Made by a program: the position numbers and the translations under genes
DNA from: the human T2T-CHM13v2.0 reference genome, Homo sapiens
NCBI RefSeq assembly: GCF_009914755.1
Contig: NC_060927.1
DNA length: 64,000 nt
Strand: one strand, 5' to 3'
Shown: piece by piece, positions 26,639 to 38,522 of the stretch
How the letters are laid out: each line of letters opens with the position of its first letter
Position numbering within the stretch: the first letter of the stretch is position 1
The notes under the pieces: generated by a model
Databases searched by the model: none
Seen by the model: only the letters and a program-made list of their open reading frames with translations
What the model was told of the DNA's origin: nothing

Positions 26639-29328
26639 AGTCCATTCTTTGTCAATTTGAACCCACGCACATCTCCTGAGATCATACATAATCTTCAAAT
26701 AAAGACAATAATAAGGTCATAATTACACCAAACATAGTACAACCACCTTTTGTGCAACCAGAAGCACACCAATTCCCAACCGAAATACTATTACATAAAA
26801 ATAACAATACTTAAAAGCTGATATAAAGTCAATAAATTTTATGTCACATAATAAAGGAAAAGGAAATTAAAGATATTTTCTTAGTACAAGTGTATACATG
26901 CACAAACAGGTTTTTAATAAAAGAAGAAAGACATACTCATGACAAATACAGTCGTTATTTCTGCAGCTAGTCACATGGGTGTAGCTGGTATTGATGACTA
27001 CCTTTTTCTACTACCCATTCTATATTCCCTTTGCCTTCAGTAAACACCTAAGTAGGTAATGTTTTTTTTTTCCCTGGTGGAGTGACCCAGACCTTCATTC
27101 CTGAAGGGTCTGGGCCATTTGTGGTCCTGCCTGGATCAGGCTTTTGTAGTTTTCCATTTACTTTAATCACAGGGCATGATGATACTAAGAGATGCCATAA
27201 TGGATTTCCTGTATTCCATGCATACTCTTTCTTACCTCCATTCTGGAGTAGTAGACTAATTTCATCTTGATAGTTCAGGTCAATCACTCTAGCCAATATT
27301 GTAACTCCCATCTCAACCCACTGACTTAAAGGTAGGAGGAACCCAAAGTTTCCAGGTCACAATCTTAACTTCCAGTTTAATGGAATCATTGTTGTGTCTC
27401 TTCGTGGCAGCGTCCCTTCCTCTGGAACTAAGACCTCTAGGACAGTAGAACGTAATGTCGTGGGAACAGGAGGCAAAAATTTTGCTAACAGATCACTAGG
27501 GGTGATGGTGAGTGGTGCCACTTCCACTTCCATCCCTTGATTCCTGGGACTGTGAATCTTGGCTATGGGAGAAACAGTACCATACATTGGATGCTGATTC
27601 AAAGCATACATGGCCTTCTGGAGAACTTTGCCACAGCCCTGCAAATATTGTCACTTAGTTGGCATTGTAATTGTGACTTCAAAAGGCCATTCCACAATTC
27701 TATCAATCCAGCTGCTTCAGTATGATGGGGAACATGGTAAGACCAGTGAATTCCATGAGCATGAGCCCACTGCTGCACGTCTTTAGCTGTAAAGTGAGTG
27801 CCTTGGTCAGATGCAATGCTGTGTGGAATACCATGACTGTGGATAAGGCATTCTGTGAGTCCACAGATGGTAGTCTTGCTAGAAGCATTGTGTTCAGGAT
27901 CGGCAAACCCATATCCAGAGTAAGTGTCTATTCCAGTGAGGAAAAACCTCTTCCCTTTCCATGATGGAAGTGGTCCAATATAATTAATCTGACACCAGGT
28001 AGCAGGCTGATCACCCTGAGGAGTGGTGTCATATCGAGGGTTCAGTGTTGGTCTCTGCTGCTGGCAAATTGGGCACTCAGCAGTGGCTGTAGCCAGGTCA
28101 GCCTTGGTGAGTGGAAATTCACATTGCTGAGCCCATGTGTAACCTCCATCTCTGCCACCGTGGCCACATTGTTCATGGGCCCATTGGGCGATGATAGGGG
28201 TGGCTGGGGAAAGAGGTGGCTGAGTGGTATCCACAGAATGGGTATCCTATCCACTTCATTATTAAAATCCTCATCTATTGAAGTCACCTGTTGGTGAGCA
28301 CACACATGAGATACAAATATCTCCAGTTTTTGACCACTCAGAGAGATCCATTCTCATACCTCTTCCCCAAATTTTTTTGTTTCCAATTTTCCAATCATCC
28401 TTCTTCCAAGTCCCTGACCATCCAGACAAACCACTGGATACAGCCCATTAAAAGTATATAATCTCACATCTGGCCATTTCTCTTTCCATTCAATGTGCAC
28501 GACCAGGTGAACTGCTTAAAGTTTTGCCCACTGGGAAGATTTCCATCCACCACTGTCCTTCAGGGATGTCCTTGATAGGGGCTGTAGTGCTGCACCTGTC
28601 CACTTTAGAGTAGTGCCTGCATATTGTGCAGAATCATCTGTGAACCAGGCCCCAGTCTTCTCTTTCTCTGCCACCTAATCATAGGAAACTCCCCATGAGG
28701 CCATCGGTGCAGGCTGTGGGAGAGAAGGCAGGGTGGCAGGAGTGGAGACGATGGGCATTTGAGCTACTTTCTCATGTAACTTACTTGTGCCTTCAGAACC
28801 TATGTGAGCCTGATCATGTGTATACCACTTCCATTTGATGATGGAATGCTGGTGTGCACAACCCACTTTATGGCTAGATCGGTCAGAAAGCACCCAGTTC
28901 ATGAAAGGCAATCCAGGTTGTATCATGACTTGATGACCCATAGTCAAACGTTCAGTTTCCACCAAAGCCCAGTAACAGGCCAAGAGCTGTCTCTTAAAAG
29001 GAGAGTAGTTATCTGCAGAAGATGGCAGGGACTTGCTCCAAAATCCTAGAGGCCTCTACTGTGATTCACCTATGGGGGCCTGCCAAAGGTTCCAAACAGC
29101 ATCCCTATCTGCTGCTGACACTTCAAGCACCATTGGATTTGCTGGGTCATATGGCCCAAGTGGCAGAGTAGCTTGCACAGCAGCCTGGACCTATTGCAGA
29201 GCCTTCTCCTGTTCTGGACCCTACCCAAAACTTGCAGCCTTTTGGGTCACTTGATAAATTGGCCAGAGTAACACACCCAAATGGGGAATGTGTTGTCTTC
29301 AAAATCCAAATAAGCCTACTAGGCATTG
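26639..29328 (-). mobile_element. HERV-L internal region, 3' part only (no gag, protease, RT core or 5' LTR)
   Basis: Contiguous pol-derived ORF fragments and no env, as expected for ERV-L. Confidence 0.92.
27048..29328 (-). pseudogene. pol: HERV-L pol remnant: RT thumb/connection, RNase H, integrase and C-terminal dUTPase, with multiple stops and frameshifts
   Basis: ACYWALVETERLT and HSIIKWKWY (28675-28983). HHCC finger HEQCGH...CPICQQ, IDTYSGY, SDQGTHF, AAGLIE (27599-28234). dUTPase-like IPLNWKLRL...GVTILARVIDLNYQDEISLLL (27048-27400). Confidence 0.9.
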
Positions 29329-29699
29329 GGATGTCAACTCCAAACTCTTTGAGGATAAGGCCTCTGTCTCATCCACAGATGAATCTTGTTTTATCGTCTG
29401 GTTCTGCTTGTTCTTATTTCTCATGTAAGCACAGTGGTAGGATCTGAAAAGTAATCCTGCTGGAGAATTTTACCTATAACTCTTGGAGTCTTTGTAGGTC
29501 AAATACTAGTCTGAAACCTGCATTTGGAAAAGCATAAAGGTGAAAAATGGATTGCTCAGCTGATGGATCAGGCAAAGAGAAAAATGTTGTGAATGCTCTG
29601 CCCTCTGAATTTTTTTATGAAAGTGAAAGTCTTTCTCATAATTCAGATATGGATAATTTGTGAAAATAATCAGCTTTGAGTTGTATTAAAGTAGCTTTG

Positions 29700-30330
29700 A
29701 CCAAGAGGCCAATTAGAAGAGCACCAGAATCCCAATAGAGAGAGCCTTATTGTGAAGACAGCAGGCAGCCAGGGCTGAGGAAGGTACTGCACGTTTTCAG
29801 TCAAAGTAAACATCTGAATCAAAGGATTGTAGGGAAGAGATCCCTGGGTAGTAGAAGAGTATATTCTCTGTTGTCATGAAAGCAGATGATCAGCTGAGAA
29901 TATCCAGAAAGCTCAGGGAAAATTGGGTATAAACAACAGCCTGGCCAGAGAAAATTTAGTATCAGACAAATATGACTTCTCTTAACACTGACATTTTTTT
30001 TTCTTATACAACTTTTCTTCAACTCTAGAAAACCAAAAAGATAGCCTACTAATCATGAAATAAAGAAGAAAGAGGAAGCTAAAGGTGAATCCTACAACCT
30101 ATCACATTCCTCCTCCCACTGCAGACTTCCAAGCCTGATGCTGTCAGGAACCAAGGAAAGAAAGAATGTTAAACATTATGTCAATTTTGAAATATTACAC
30201 GTGCTTCAATGTTTTGATTACTAAAATGAGACTACATGGCTTGAAGTAACCAGAGAACATTTTATTATCTAATAGTGACTGAGAAATGATGTAAAATGTA
30301 CCTCAGATTTCAAAAAGAGAAAGAAAAATA
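29700..30330 (+). mobile_element. Ancient LTR-like relic (LTR78/LTR85/MamGyp-like)
   Basis: aaatgagact...gaagtaaccagagaacattttattatctaatagtgactgagaaa...acctcagatttca resembles these LTR 3' regions. Weak. Confidence 0.35.
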
Positions 30331-30611
30331 GCTATTTTCACAGAATGGATTTGAATGAGTATTAGGGGAGATAAATAAACTTGTGTTCGATTTCACATTA
30401 TGTGAATCCTGTTTATTCAAAATACCAGTCATACAGTTGTTCAGGATATTTACTTTTATTTCCAGGGAACAACTCATGCCATCCCAACTATATTCATGCA
30501 AAAAGGATTTTAGACTCAGCCCCTTTACAGATGCTAAGGATAAAGTATTGAAAAGAGAGGGAAAAATGTCTAACTTTCATAAAGTTTAATGACTTAGTTG
30601 GAGATGTTAAG

Positions 30612-30995
30612 ATGGAACACCATAGACTGGGTGCAATATAAAAAAACAGATTTTTTTTTTTTTTCTCACAGCCTTGTAGGAGAGAGGTCCATGGTCAAGG
30701 TACCAGGATGGCTGGGTTCTGGTGAGGGTTTCTGCCAGGCTGCAAACCACTGACTTCTTTTCTTCTCACATGGCAGAAAGAAAGTCAGCTAGCTTTAGTA
30801 CCTCTTCTTATAAGGGTAATAATCCTATTATTCACAATGGGGCACTTTAGTAGCCTCTTCTTATAGGGCACTAATCCTGTTATTCACAATGGGGTACTTT
30901 AGTAGCCTCTTCTTATAAGGGAACTAATCCTATTATTCACGGTGGTTCTGTCCTCATGAACTAATTACCTCCCAAAGGCTCCACTTTCACATAAT
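30612..30995 (-). mobile_element. MLT1A-like LTR containing a triplicated 52-bp unit
   Basis: accatagactgggtg...ctcacag...gtcaaggtacc...ttctggtgagggt...tcacatggcagaaag...cctcatgaactaattacctcccaaaggctcc. Confidence 0.85.
30793..30945. repeat. Minisatellite, 3 copies of ~52 bp
   Basis: ctttagta(g)cctcttcttataagggcactaatcctattattcacaatggggca starting at 30793, 30845 and 30897. Confidence 0.92.
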
Positions 30996-31139
30996 TCACT
31001 GATGTATGATGGATATGTAGCATTACAAGGAAAAAAAGTTTTTAAATTAGTAACATTTTTAGTTTGGTTCCATCTGTTTGTTTATTATTGAGTGACCATT
31101 TGGAATATAACCTCCTCTGGGAGTGGAGTCATCATGTTG

Positions 31140-32360
31140 CACAAAGAGATTGTCTTTAATCCTAACAGGCGAGAATCCACTGGAAGGATTTTAAGGTGAA
31201 AATCAACAATACTTACTTTAAAATTATAAAAATATATTTGTGACTATTGTGTGGAAGATGGATTGTAAAAAGAAAAGCAAAAGGAAGTGTAAAAAAATTA
31301 GAAAAATAGTTAAGAATACTAATTAGTAACCCCGGGAATAGATACTGCCATTGATGTCAAAATGAAAATGTAAGATAATAGCAGTGAAGAAAGTAGAGGC
31401 AAAATGGAGAAAATTGTAGATATTCAAAATATATTGTAGAGATAAAACTAACAGCATTTATTGGAGTGTAAAAAAAGTAAAGAAAAGGCCGGGCGTGCTG
31501 GCTCACACCTGTAATCTCAGCACTTTAAGAGGCCGAGGCAAGTGGATCATGAGGTCAGGAGTTCAAGACCAGCCTGGCCAAGATGGTGAAACCCGGTCTC
31601 TACTAAAAATACCAGAACAATTAGCCAGGCGTGGTGGCAGGGGCCTGTAATCCCAGCTACTTGGGAGGCTGAGGCAGAGAATTGCTTGAACCCAGGAGGT
31701 GGAGGTTGCAGTGAGCCGAAATCACACCACTGTACTCCAGCCTGGGTGACAGAGCAAGACTCTGTCTCAAAAAAAAAAAAAAAAAAAAAACGTAAAGTCA
31801 TTTCCAATTGTTTACCTGAGACAATGGGTAAATGGCAGAGCACATTAATAAGAAAGAATAGGTGAGAGATGCATCTCCCCTTTGCCAGCTGGTTTGATGT
31901 TAGACTCTGACAACAGCCGATTCTAGAGGTACACTGCAAAGTGTAAAAGTGTTCCTGTGAAACACTTAATTTGATATCAAAATGATGATTTCAAGTAGAA
32001 TGTTTGTTTTGGAATATGGAGATGAGTCATGATTGAGAGATTAAGCAGAGAACTATAAGACCATGGATAAAATTTATAGCTTTGGGACTTTATGAGTCAC
32101 CAATGGGAGGCCACAAATAGACAGTTAGGACAAATTTCTGGCAAAAATTTAGAAGCCAAATAGAAAAGTAGTAGGTAAATAGGAAATCGAAAAAAAAAGT
32201 AGTCAAAGAAGTAGGAAACAAACAACAACAAAAAAAAACTGAATGAGCATTTTATGGAAAATAAGATTAAAAAGCTTTTCAAGGAGGAAATGTCCAGCTG
32301 TGTTGAAAGCAGATGAAGAGTGAAAATGTGGCCTGGAAAATCATATTAGTATTTGGCAAA
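31140..32360 (-). mobile_element. L2 fragment interrupted by an Alu
   Basis: ccactggaaggattttaag...tgactattgtgtggaagatggattgt...tttcaaggaggaaatgtccagctgtgttgaaagc. Confidence 0.65.
31487..31790 (+). mobile_element. AluSg-like, full length
   Basis: ggatcatgaggtcaggagttcaagaccagcctggccaagatggtgaaa and a long pure A tail. Confidence 0.95.
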
Positions 32361-32919
32361 ACCCTGTGTCTATTATCTAATCAATTGCTTCTTATCATTA
32401 TTATGATTTTTCATTATATTTATATGAAAACCTAATACAGCAATCTTTACCTTATTTTAGAAATTTGTAGAATAATCCTGAAGTAGGTAATGTTGCATAC
32501 ATATTTTTTAATTTTTCCAAAGGCATCTCTTTCTCAATTGATAGATAATCGTTTTCTTAAAAATTCAATTTTGTTAATTTTCTCACCAAAAAGGGCTGAT
32601 TGGTTCTAATTTTTCAAAGTATTATATAAAATATATCATGTGTATTTGGCAAGAATTTCAGTTTTCCTACCAATATATTTGCATATATTGTCAGAAATAA
32701 GCAAAACCATACAATAAAACGTACCAAGAAAAGATTTTTACACTTTTAGGTAGAAGAAGGTAAAAGAATATAAACAAGGGTATTTAAGTGAGGACTCATT
32801 TTGTTTCCATAAGTAATAATACAGCTTAGAGAACTTAGAAAATGAGTATAAAACACTCTCTTTTTACAGATTATTCCATGAGATAATATTTGATTTGCTT
32901 GCTAATTATTTCGTTAGAT

Positions 32920-33120
32920 AATATTTGGGTCTTGGCTCTTTACCTTTTAAGATGGACATTACTGATAAGCTACAAGGATTGAAATTTTGATAAACAAAGG
33001 GTCAAAGAAATGTGAAATGAGAATCTGTGAAAGAAACTGAATATATTTAGCTATGAGCAAAAGGAGACTTGAAGGGCTAAAATACTTGAAGAGTTATTAC
33101 AGAAAAGAAATAAGACTAGT
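32920..33120 (+). mobile_element. L3/CR1 fragment
   Basis: ttttaagatggacatt...gaaagaaactgaatatatttagc...aaggagacttgaaggg...aaatacttgaagag resembles the CR1 ORF2 3' end. Confidence 0.5.
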
Positions 33121-33215
33121 CAGATACTAATCTCTATCAAGCAGAAATAAGATTAGATCAAGCTATGAAACTGTAGAAGCCAGAGGACAGAGAACATAAA
33201 CCATGATGTATTCAT

Positions 33216-35327
33216 ATGGTAGATTGACAGTCAGCTTCCAGTCTAAGGTTTTGCTAGTATACTGTCCCATATTGAAGACTCTGAAGAGTGAAAACTTACT
33301 TTTTTTAGATCCTCTTCCCCATATGGTTCTGAATACAAATTAGATTCAATCAAATAATGTTGTTCTTGTAAAATTTTGAAGGCAAATTTGAAGTGATGGC
33401 CATCTTCCTGCTGGAAATATTGGATTTTTGTTGTTGTTTATTCCTTAAAGTTACAAGTGCCTAGAAACCAATGGGTTGCTAGTAACAGTTAGACTAAAAA
33501 TTTCTGTGTCCAATCACAAGGCCTATGGCAGTTAAAGGGCAGCTGCAGAGAAAGCAGGAGTAGCTTCCTGACTCCTGTGTCATAGTTGTGTTACTCATTA
33601 GCACTGCACACCAATATTTTGGACATTCTTCTTCCAAACATGTGATAGGATTGCATTTCTTCAACTTCTTGAAATAAGTGGGGACATGGTTGCTTTGATC
33701 AATGGAATGTGAAGAAAGTTATACGTATCACTTCCAAGTACAAGCATTTAAGTGCTGATATGTAATTCTTTAATCTTCTCTTCCCTTAGCCACAGATAAA
33801 GTGGAATTATGCACTGAAAAGAAGTTGCAATGCTGAACCATCACATACATGACAGCTACCCTGGAGAGTCTTCCAGATATGCAATAGATCTTGTGTGAGG
33901 AAAAAATATTCCATCGTTCTGTTTTGCATTTTGTTTTAAGTAACCAAGATTCAGATATTTTTACTTTAGCATGACCTAGACTAATCCTAATACTACAAAC
34001 ATTGATAACAGATTTGGAATGTCACGAGAGCAAAGCCTAAAATATGTGACATTGGCTTTGGCAGAAGTGATACAAAAACTAGTATTTGAGTCTAAAAATT
34101 AACAGTCCTTACTATTTATTACAAAGTAATTCACAAAAGGAATTCTAAGAGAACATGGAAAGCTGATCATAAACTTAATGAATTTGTAGGGATAGAGGAA
34201 GAATATAGGAAAATGAACAGGGGTAGTGTGTATTGATTACTTTTGATTATGGTTGGAAGGTATTATGTGAAAGAAATGAGTTCAAAAAAAGAATTGGACA
34301 GTTAAAGGAAAGAAATAAAAAGAAAGAGAAATAATACAGAGACCAGGAGATTTCTGGGGTTGGAAAAGGCACTATTTCTCAGTCTTTCACCAGACATTGA
34401 AAGGTTGTGAGTGACAAGAATCAAATTAAGGGAATGACCATCTCAATTGTCATTATAATCTCTGAATGGATTAAAGTGTCTTGGACTTAAGATCCAATTA
34501 TGAGTGTGGCCTGGTAGAGTAAATCTTTTAATTAGCTAAAATGTCTCATAGAAAAGAGATTAAAATATATGTCAATTACAGAGCTACCACAATACACAGA
34601 ATGACAACTAAATCAAAAGAGAGATGGTGGTTAAAGAGACACTAATTACTGCAAATGTCAATGTCCTGAGAGGAAATGTGGCTTTGGATATTGGCACTTT
34701 ACTCATTGACATCACATTGATAAATAGTCTACCAAATTCTTGAAGATGTTTTCTACCAAAAGATGCAAATAGTAAACTAAAAGTTGTCTCCAACTGGAGA
34801 TTTAAAGTGATTCACAAACTTGTACAAGCAGGAATTGGGCTAAGAAAGCTGCCAGCCTCACAGAAAGTATATTTCTCCAATTCCCAGTTCTGATGTAGCC
34901 AAGGAAAACAATGTCAAAGGAAGAATTTTCCAGGAACCCCAGAGTCAGAGAGAAAAGTTGCTCCTCACGAACAGTAAAAGGGCATAAAGAAAGAATATTC
35001 TCCACCCCCAGTAGAAAGTTCACTGGGAATTCTGAATTGCTGCAGACCAGTGTCTTCCATGTATCTCCCATTCTCCTCCTCTCACAATCAAAGTGTCCAT
35101 TACACTTCTATAAATTGGATGTTAGACACACAATCTTTTTAGTTTATGAATCTGTGGATCAAAACTCACCACACCTGGACCTGATATAGAGACTATCATG
35201 TGCCTGAAACTTTACACTCTAACTCTTCCAATAATTTGGTAAGTATCTACTATTCTGTATTAAACCCCTCTTAATTTAAAATACCTAGAGTGTATTCTGT
35301 TTCCTGAAACTGAATCCTAATGAATAT
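33216..35327 (+). mobile_element. LTR41/LTR33-like ERVL LTR split into 33216-33575 and 35200-35327 by a MaLR insertion
   Basis: 5' part: ttttgaaggcaaatttgaagtgatggccatcttcctgctg. 3' part: tattctgtattaaacccctct...aaaatacctagagtgtattctgtttcctgaaactgaatcctaatgaata. Confidence 0.55.
33578..35198 (+). mobile_element. MLT1I-like LTR (~33578-33997) plus internal sequence, no 3' LTR
   Basis: tgatcaatggaatgtgaagaaagt...atcacttcca...agcatttaag...tagcatgacctagactaatcctaatactaca, then MaLR-int start (cctaaaatatgtgacattggctttgg) and end (cacacctggacctgatatag). Confidence 0.7.
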
Positions 35328-36380
35328 AGCTGTCATGGCAAAATGCTACAAATCCAGGGCTTAAAATAGACTGTTCAATACTTGATACAAAATCTGATAG
35401 ATCAGTTGGTGGTAGAAGCCAAAAATTAAAGACTTGGGGATTCAATTGTTAATATTATATAAATAGATGAATGTCCTGAATTATGGAATGAAAATCTAAG
35501 ATTAATTTATATCTATTCCAAAATGATGTACTTTGGAATTTTAAATTATTCCCATATGAGCCTATGTGGGTTTGGTGAATTAATTAAAGGAAACTACAGT
35601 GGTGATAGATGTAATTTTGGGGAGTCCAACGTTTGGGAGTGGTGTTGGGATTAAATTGCTATACTTGATATATAAAACTTTATAAAACTCTGTAACCCAT
35701 AATATTCAGCATTTCCTGACTTCCCTGTGAGGCAAAGAGATCCTTAGAAGTATCCAAGCATTTTGTACCTGATATTGGTAAAGGATATTGTTGAAAGAAT
35801 AGCTACATGATAAAGGGGTTACACTCTTGATTAAAAATGGCAAAACAACAAAAACTGATTAATGAACGTTTTCATTTAAGCATGTTGAATTTGTAGTAAG
35901 TGAATAAGCTTAAAATGCTTATGTTTATTTGCATACGTATCTACACACATATATGTGATGTTATGCTCTAGAAATCAATAGGGTTATTAGATTGATTGTA
36001 AAGAATCTCATGTAGCTTAGGAAATCTTGCTCTCAGATGACTCTAAAACGAGATGAGTTGTCAAAATCTTGGGTGATTTCATGGCCAGAGGGTAGGCATT
36101 TGGAGGATGAGCTGGATAATGGTATGTGATCCTTTGATCCTAAGATTGTATAAACAATAGAAATACACTGAAAAGGAAACTACGTGATTTTAGTAAGAAA
36201 CTATGTTTACTCTAATGAGTCTATGGAGAATTATATAATATATGGAAAGCACATGTCTTCTAGAAGTAACCACTAAAAAAATAGGAAAAGTATTATGTTC
36301 CTCTGGTTAGAACTAACGTTTGGTTTGCTTTTGCAGGTAAAACTAATTTGATGCTCTTATTAAAATATAAAGCAATTCTT

Positions 36381-36703
<323 letters not shown>

Positions 36704-37266
36704 ATATAAAGCAATTCTTACTCTATGATAAAAATATATACCCTGGAAATACTGGTTCTGAGAAAGCATCTCATTTTAAATGATTGGGAGTTGAAAAAAA
36801 AAGTATTTAGAAACTGATTTCTACTAAAACAATTATAAGAAACATAAACAACATTGAAACCCAAGAGGTTTGTAACATATTAGGAAGAAAATAATAAATG
36901 TAGATTATATTAGCAACAGGATGCTGCCTAGCCAGTTTGAGAACACAAACTATAAAATGTGTAATTTTCCCTTAGGTATTGCAAATTGACCACATAACAA
37001 CATCAGAAATTTCACTTGTGAGAAAAATGAGATAACACATACAGGCTAATTGCTGAGAAGAGAAATAGTAAAACAAAGTAAAGTGTGTTATCTGAAATTT
37101 ATATTATGATACTTGACAGTTGTTTTATTCTGAAATTCCACATTTGCTTTTAAAAGCTCTATGATGGAAATCAGGTCAGGTGCACATGGCCAGTTACAGT
37201 CGTAAATTGTTTTAAAAAGTATTTTGAATATCCAGTAACCTACTCCCTCCCTCTTTATTTGTCTTA

Positions 37267-37922
37267 TGTATTAGTCAAAGTTCTTCAGAGAAACAGCACT
37301 GATAGAATGTGTGTGTGTGTGTGTGTTTGTGTGTGTGTATGGTAGTGAAAGTGGAGAAGAGAAGGTGGATATGAAAATATATACTTGGAAGAAAATTAAC
37401 AGAAAATTTGACTAAATAAATGTAGCGATATAGTGATACAAATATTAATCCTGGACTTATTATAATTTCAAATGCCATAATTCTAATTATTTTAGTGGAA
37501 GTCTTTGTACAAGTTATTGGACATATTCTCACAGAGAGAGAGATAAATAGACATAGAGACAGAGAGATTTGCTTTAAGTAATTGGGTTATGTGATTATGG
37601 ATGCTGGAAAGCCCCAAATCTGCAGGGTAGGGCCGTGGGCTGGAGAATGAGGGAAGAATCGATGTCCCAGCTGGAGTCTGAAGCCAGTCTGGAGACAGAA
37701 TTACCTCTTCTTCAGAACACCTTAGTCTTTTTTCTCTTAAACCCTTCAACTAATTGATTGAGGTCCCCCCACATTATGGAGGGTAATCTGCTTTTCTCAG
37801 TCTACTGATTTCAGTGTTCAGCCATCTAAAATATACCTTCTTAGAAACATCTAGACTGGTGTTTGATCAAATATCTGGGTACTGTGGTCTAGCCAAGTTG
37901 ACACATCAAATTAACCGTCAGA
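37267..37922 (-). mobile_element. MLT2C/D-like solo LTR carrying a ~190-bp foreign insert at 37338-37530
   Basis: TGtattagtcaaagttcttcagagaaacag...(TG)n...(GA)n gagatttgctttaag...cacattatggagggtaatctgcttt...ctagccaagttgacacatcaaattaacc. Confidence 0.88.
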
Positions 37923-38269
37923 ACTCATAAAGGAGCCTAGAGCCCTCTCAATCTTGTTTCTTATCTTTCACCTCAAAACTCCTCCCAGATCTATGACTCT
38001 GAGGACTAAACTACTAACAGCATAACATTTGGCTCTACTTTCAGAGGGGTTTGTAATTCAGTGAGGGGGGAAAATGTTTTTAACCTAAAATGATTAAATA
38101 CTCAATATAAATATACTTTCAATTTCACTTTATTAGCAGGGAATGATTATTTTGAGTAATAATCTTTCTCTTGGTTCATATGCCTAGCACATAATCTGTT
38201 TTCTTTTCTGTGTGGACACGCAATTTGTCCTGATTATAAGCACCCAGACATTGCTGCTTCCCCATGCCA

Positions 38270-38510
38270 ATTGATTTAATTCAATAACATTGATTAAGTG
38301 CCCACCTTGTGCCAGGACTGTGCAAATAATCTTAATATAAAAGCAGATAATTTCATAAACGACTTCACAGTCTAGCCAGGGGGATATATATATACACAAA
38401 TAAATGAAACACAATTGACAAGTGCAAAGCTAAATGTATTAACAAACTATTTTAGGAGTAGCAAGGAGGGAATCATGATTTTAATCTAATGTCGTCAAAG
38501 ACATTTTCAA
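38270..38510 (-). mobile_element. L2 3' fragment
   Basis: tttaattcaataacattgattaagtgcccaccttgtgccaggactgtgc. Confidence 0.7.
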
Positions 38511-38522
38511 AAATATAAAATA

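Noticed and set aside
27599-28234. Domesticated integrase gene
   Set aside because: Flanked by frameshifts, first catalytic Asp position altered, no promoter or 5' LTR. Consistent with neutral decay.
30793-30945. CRISPR-like array
   Set aside because: Units are contiguous with no unique spacers, derive from an LTR, and the context is eukaryotic with no cas genes.
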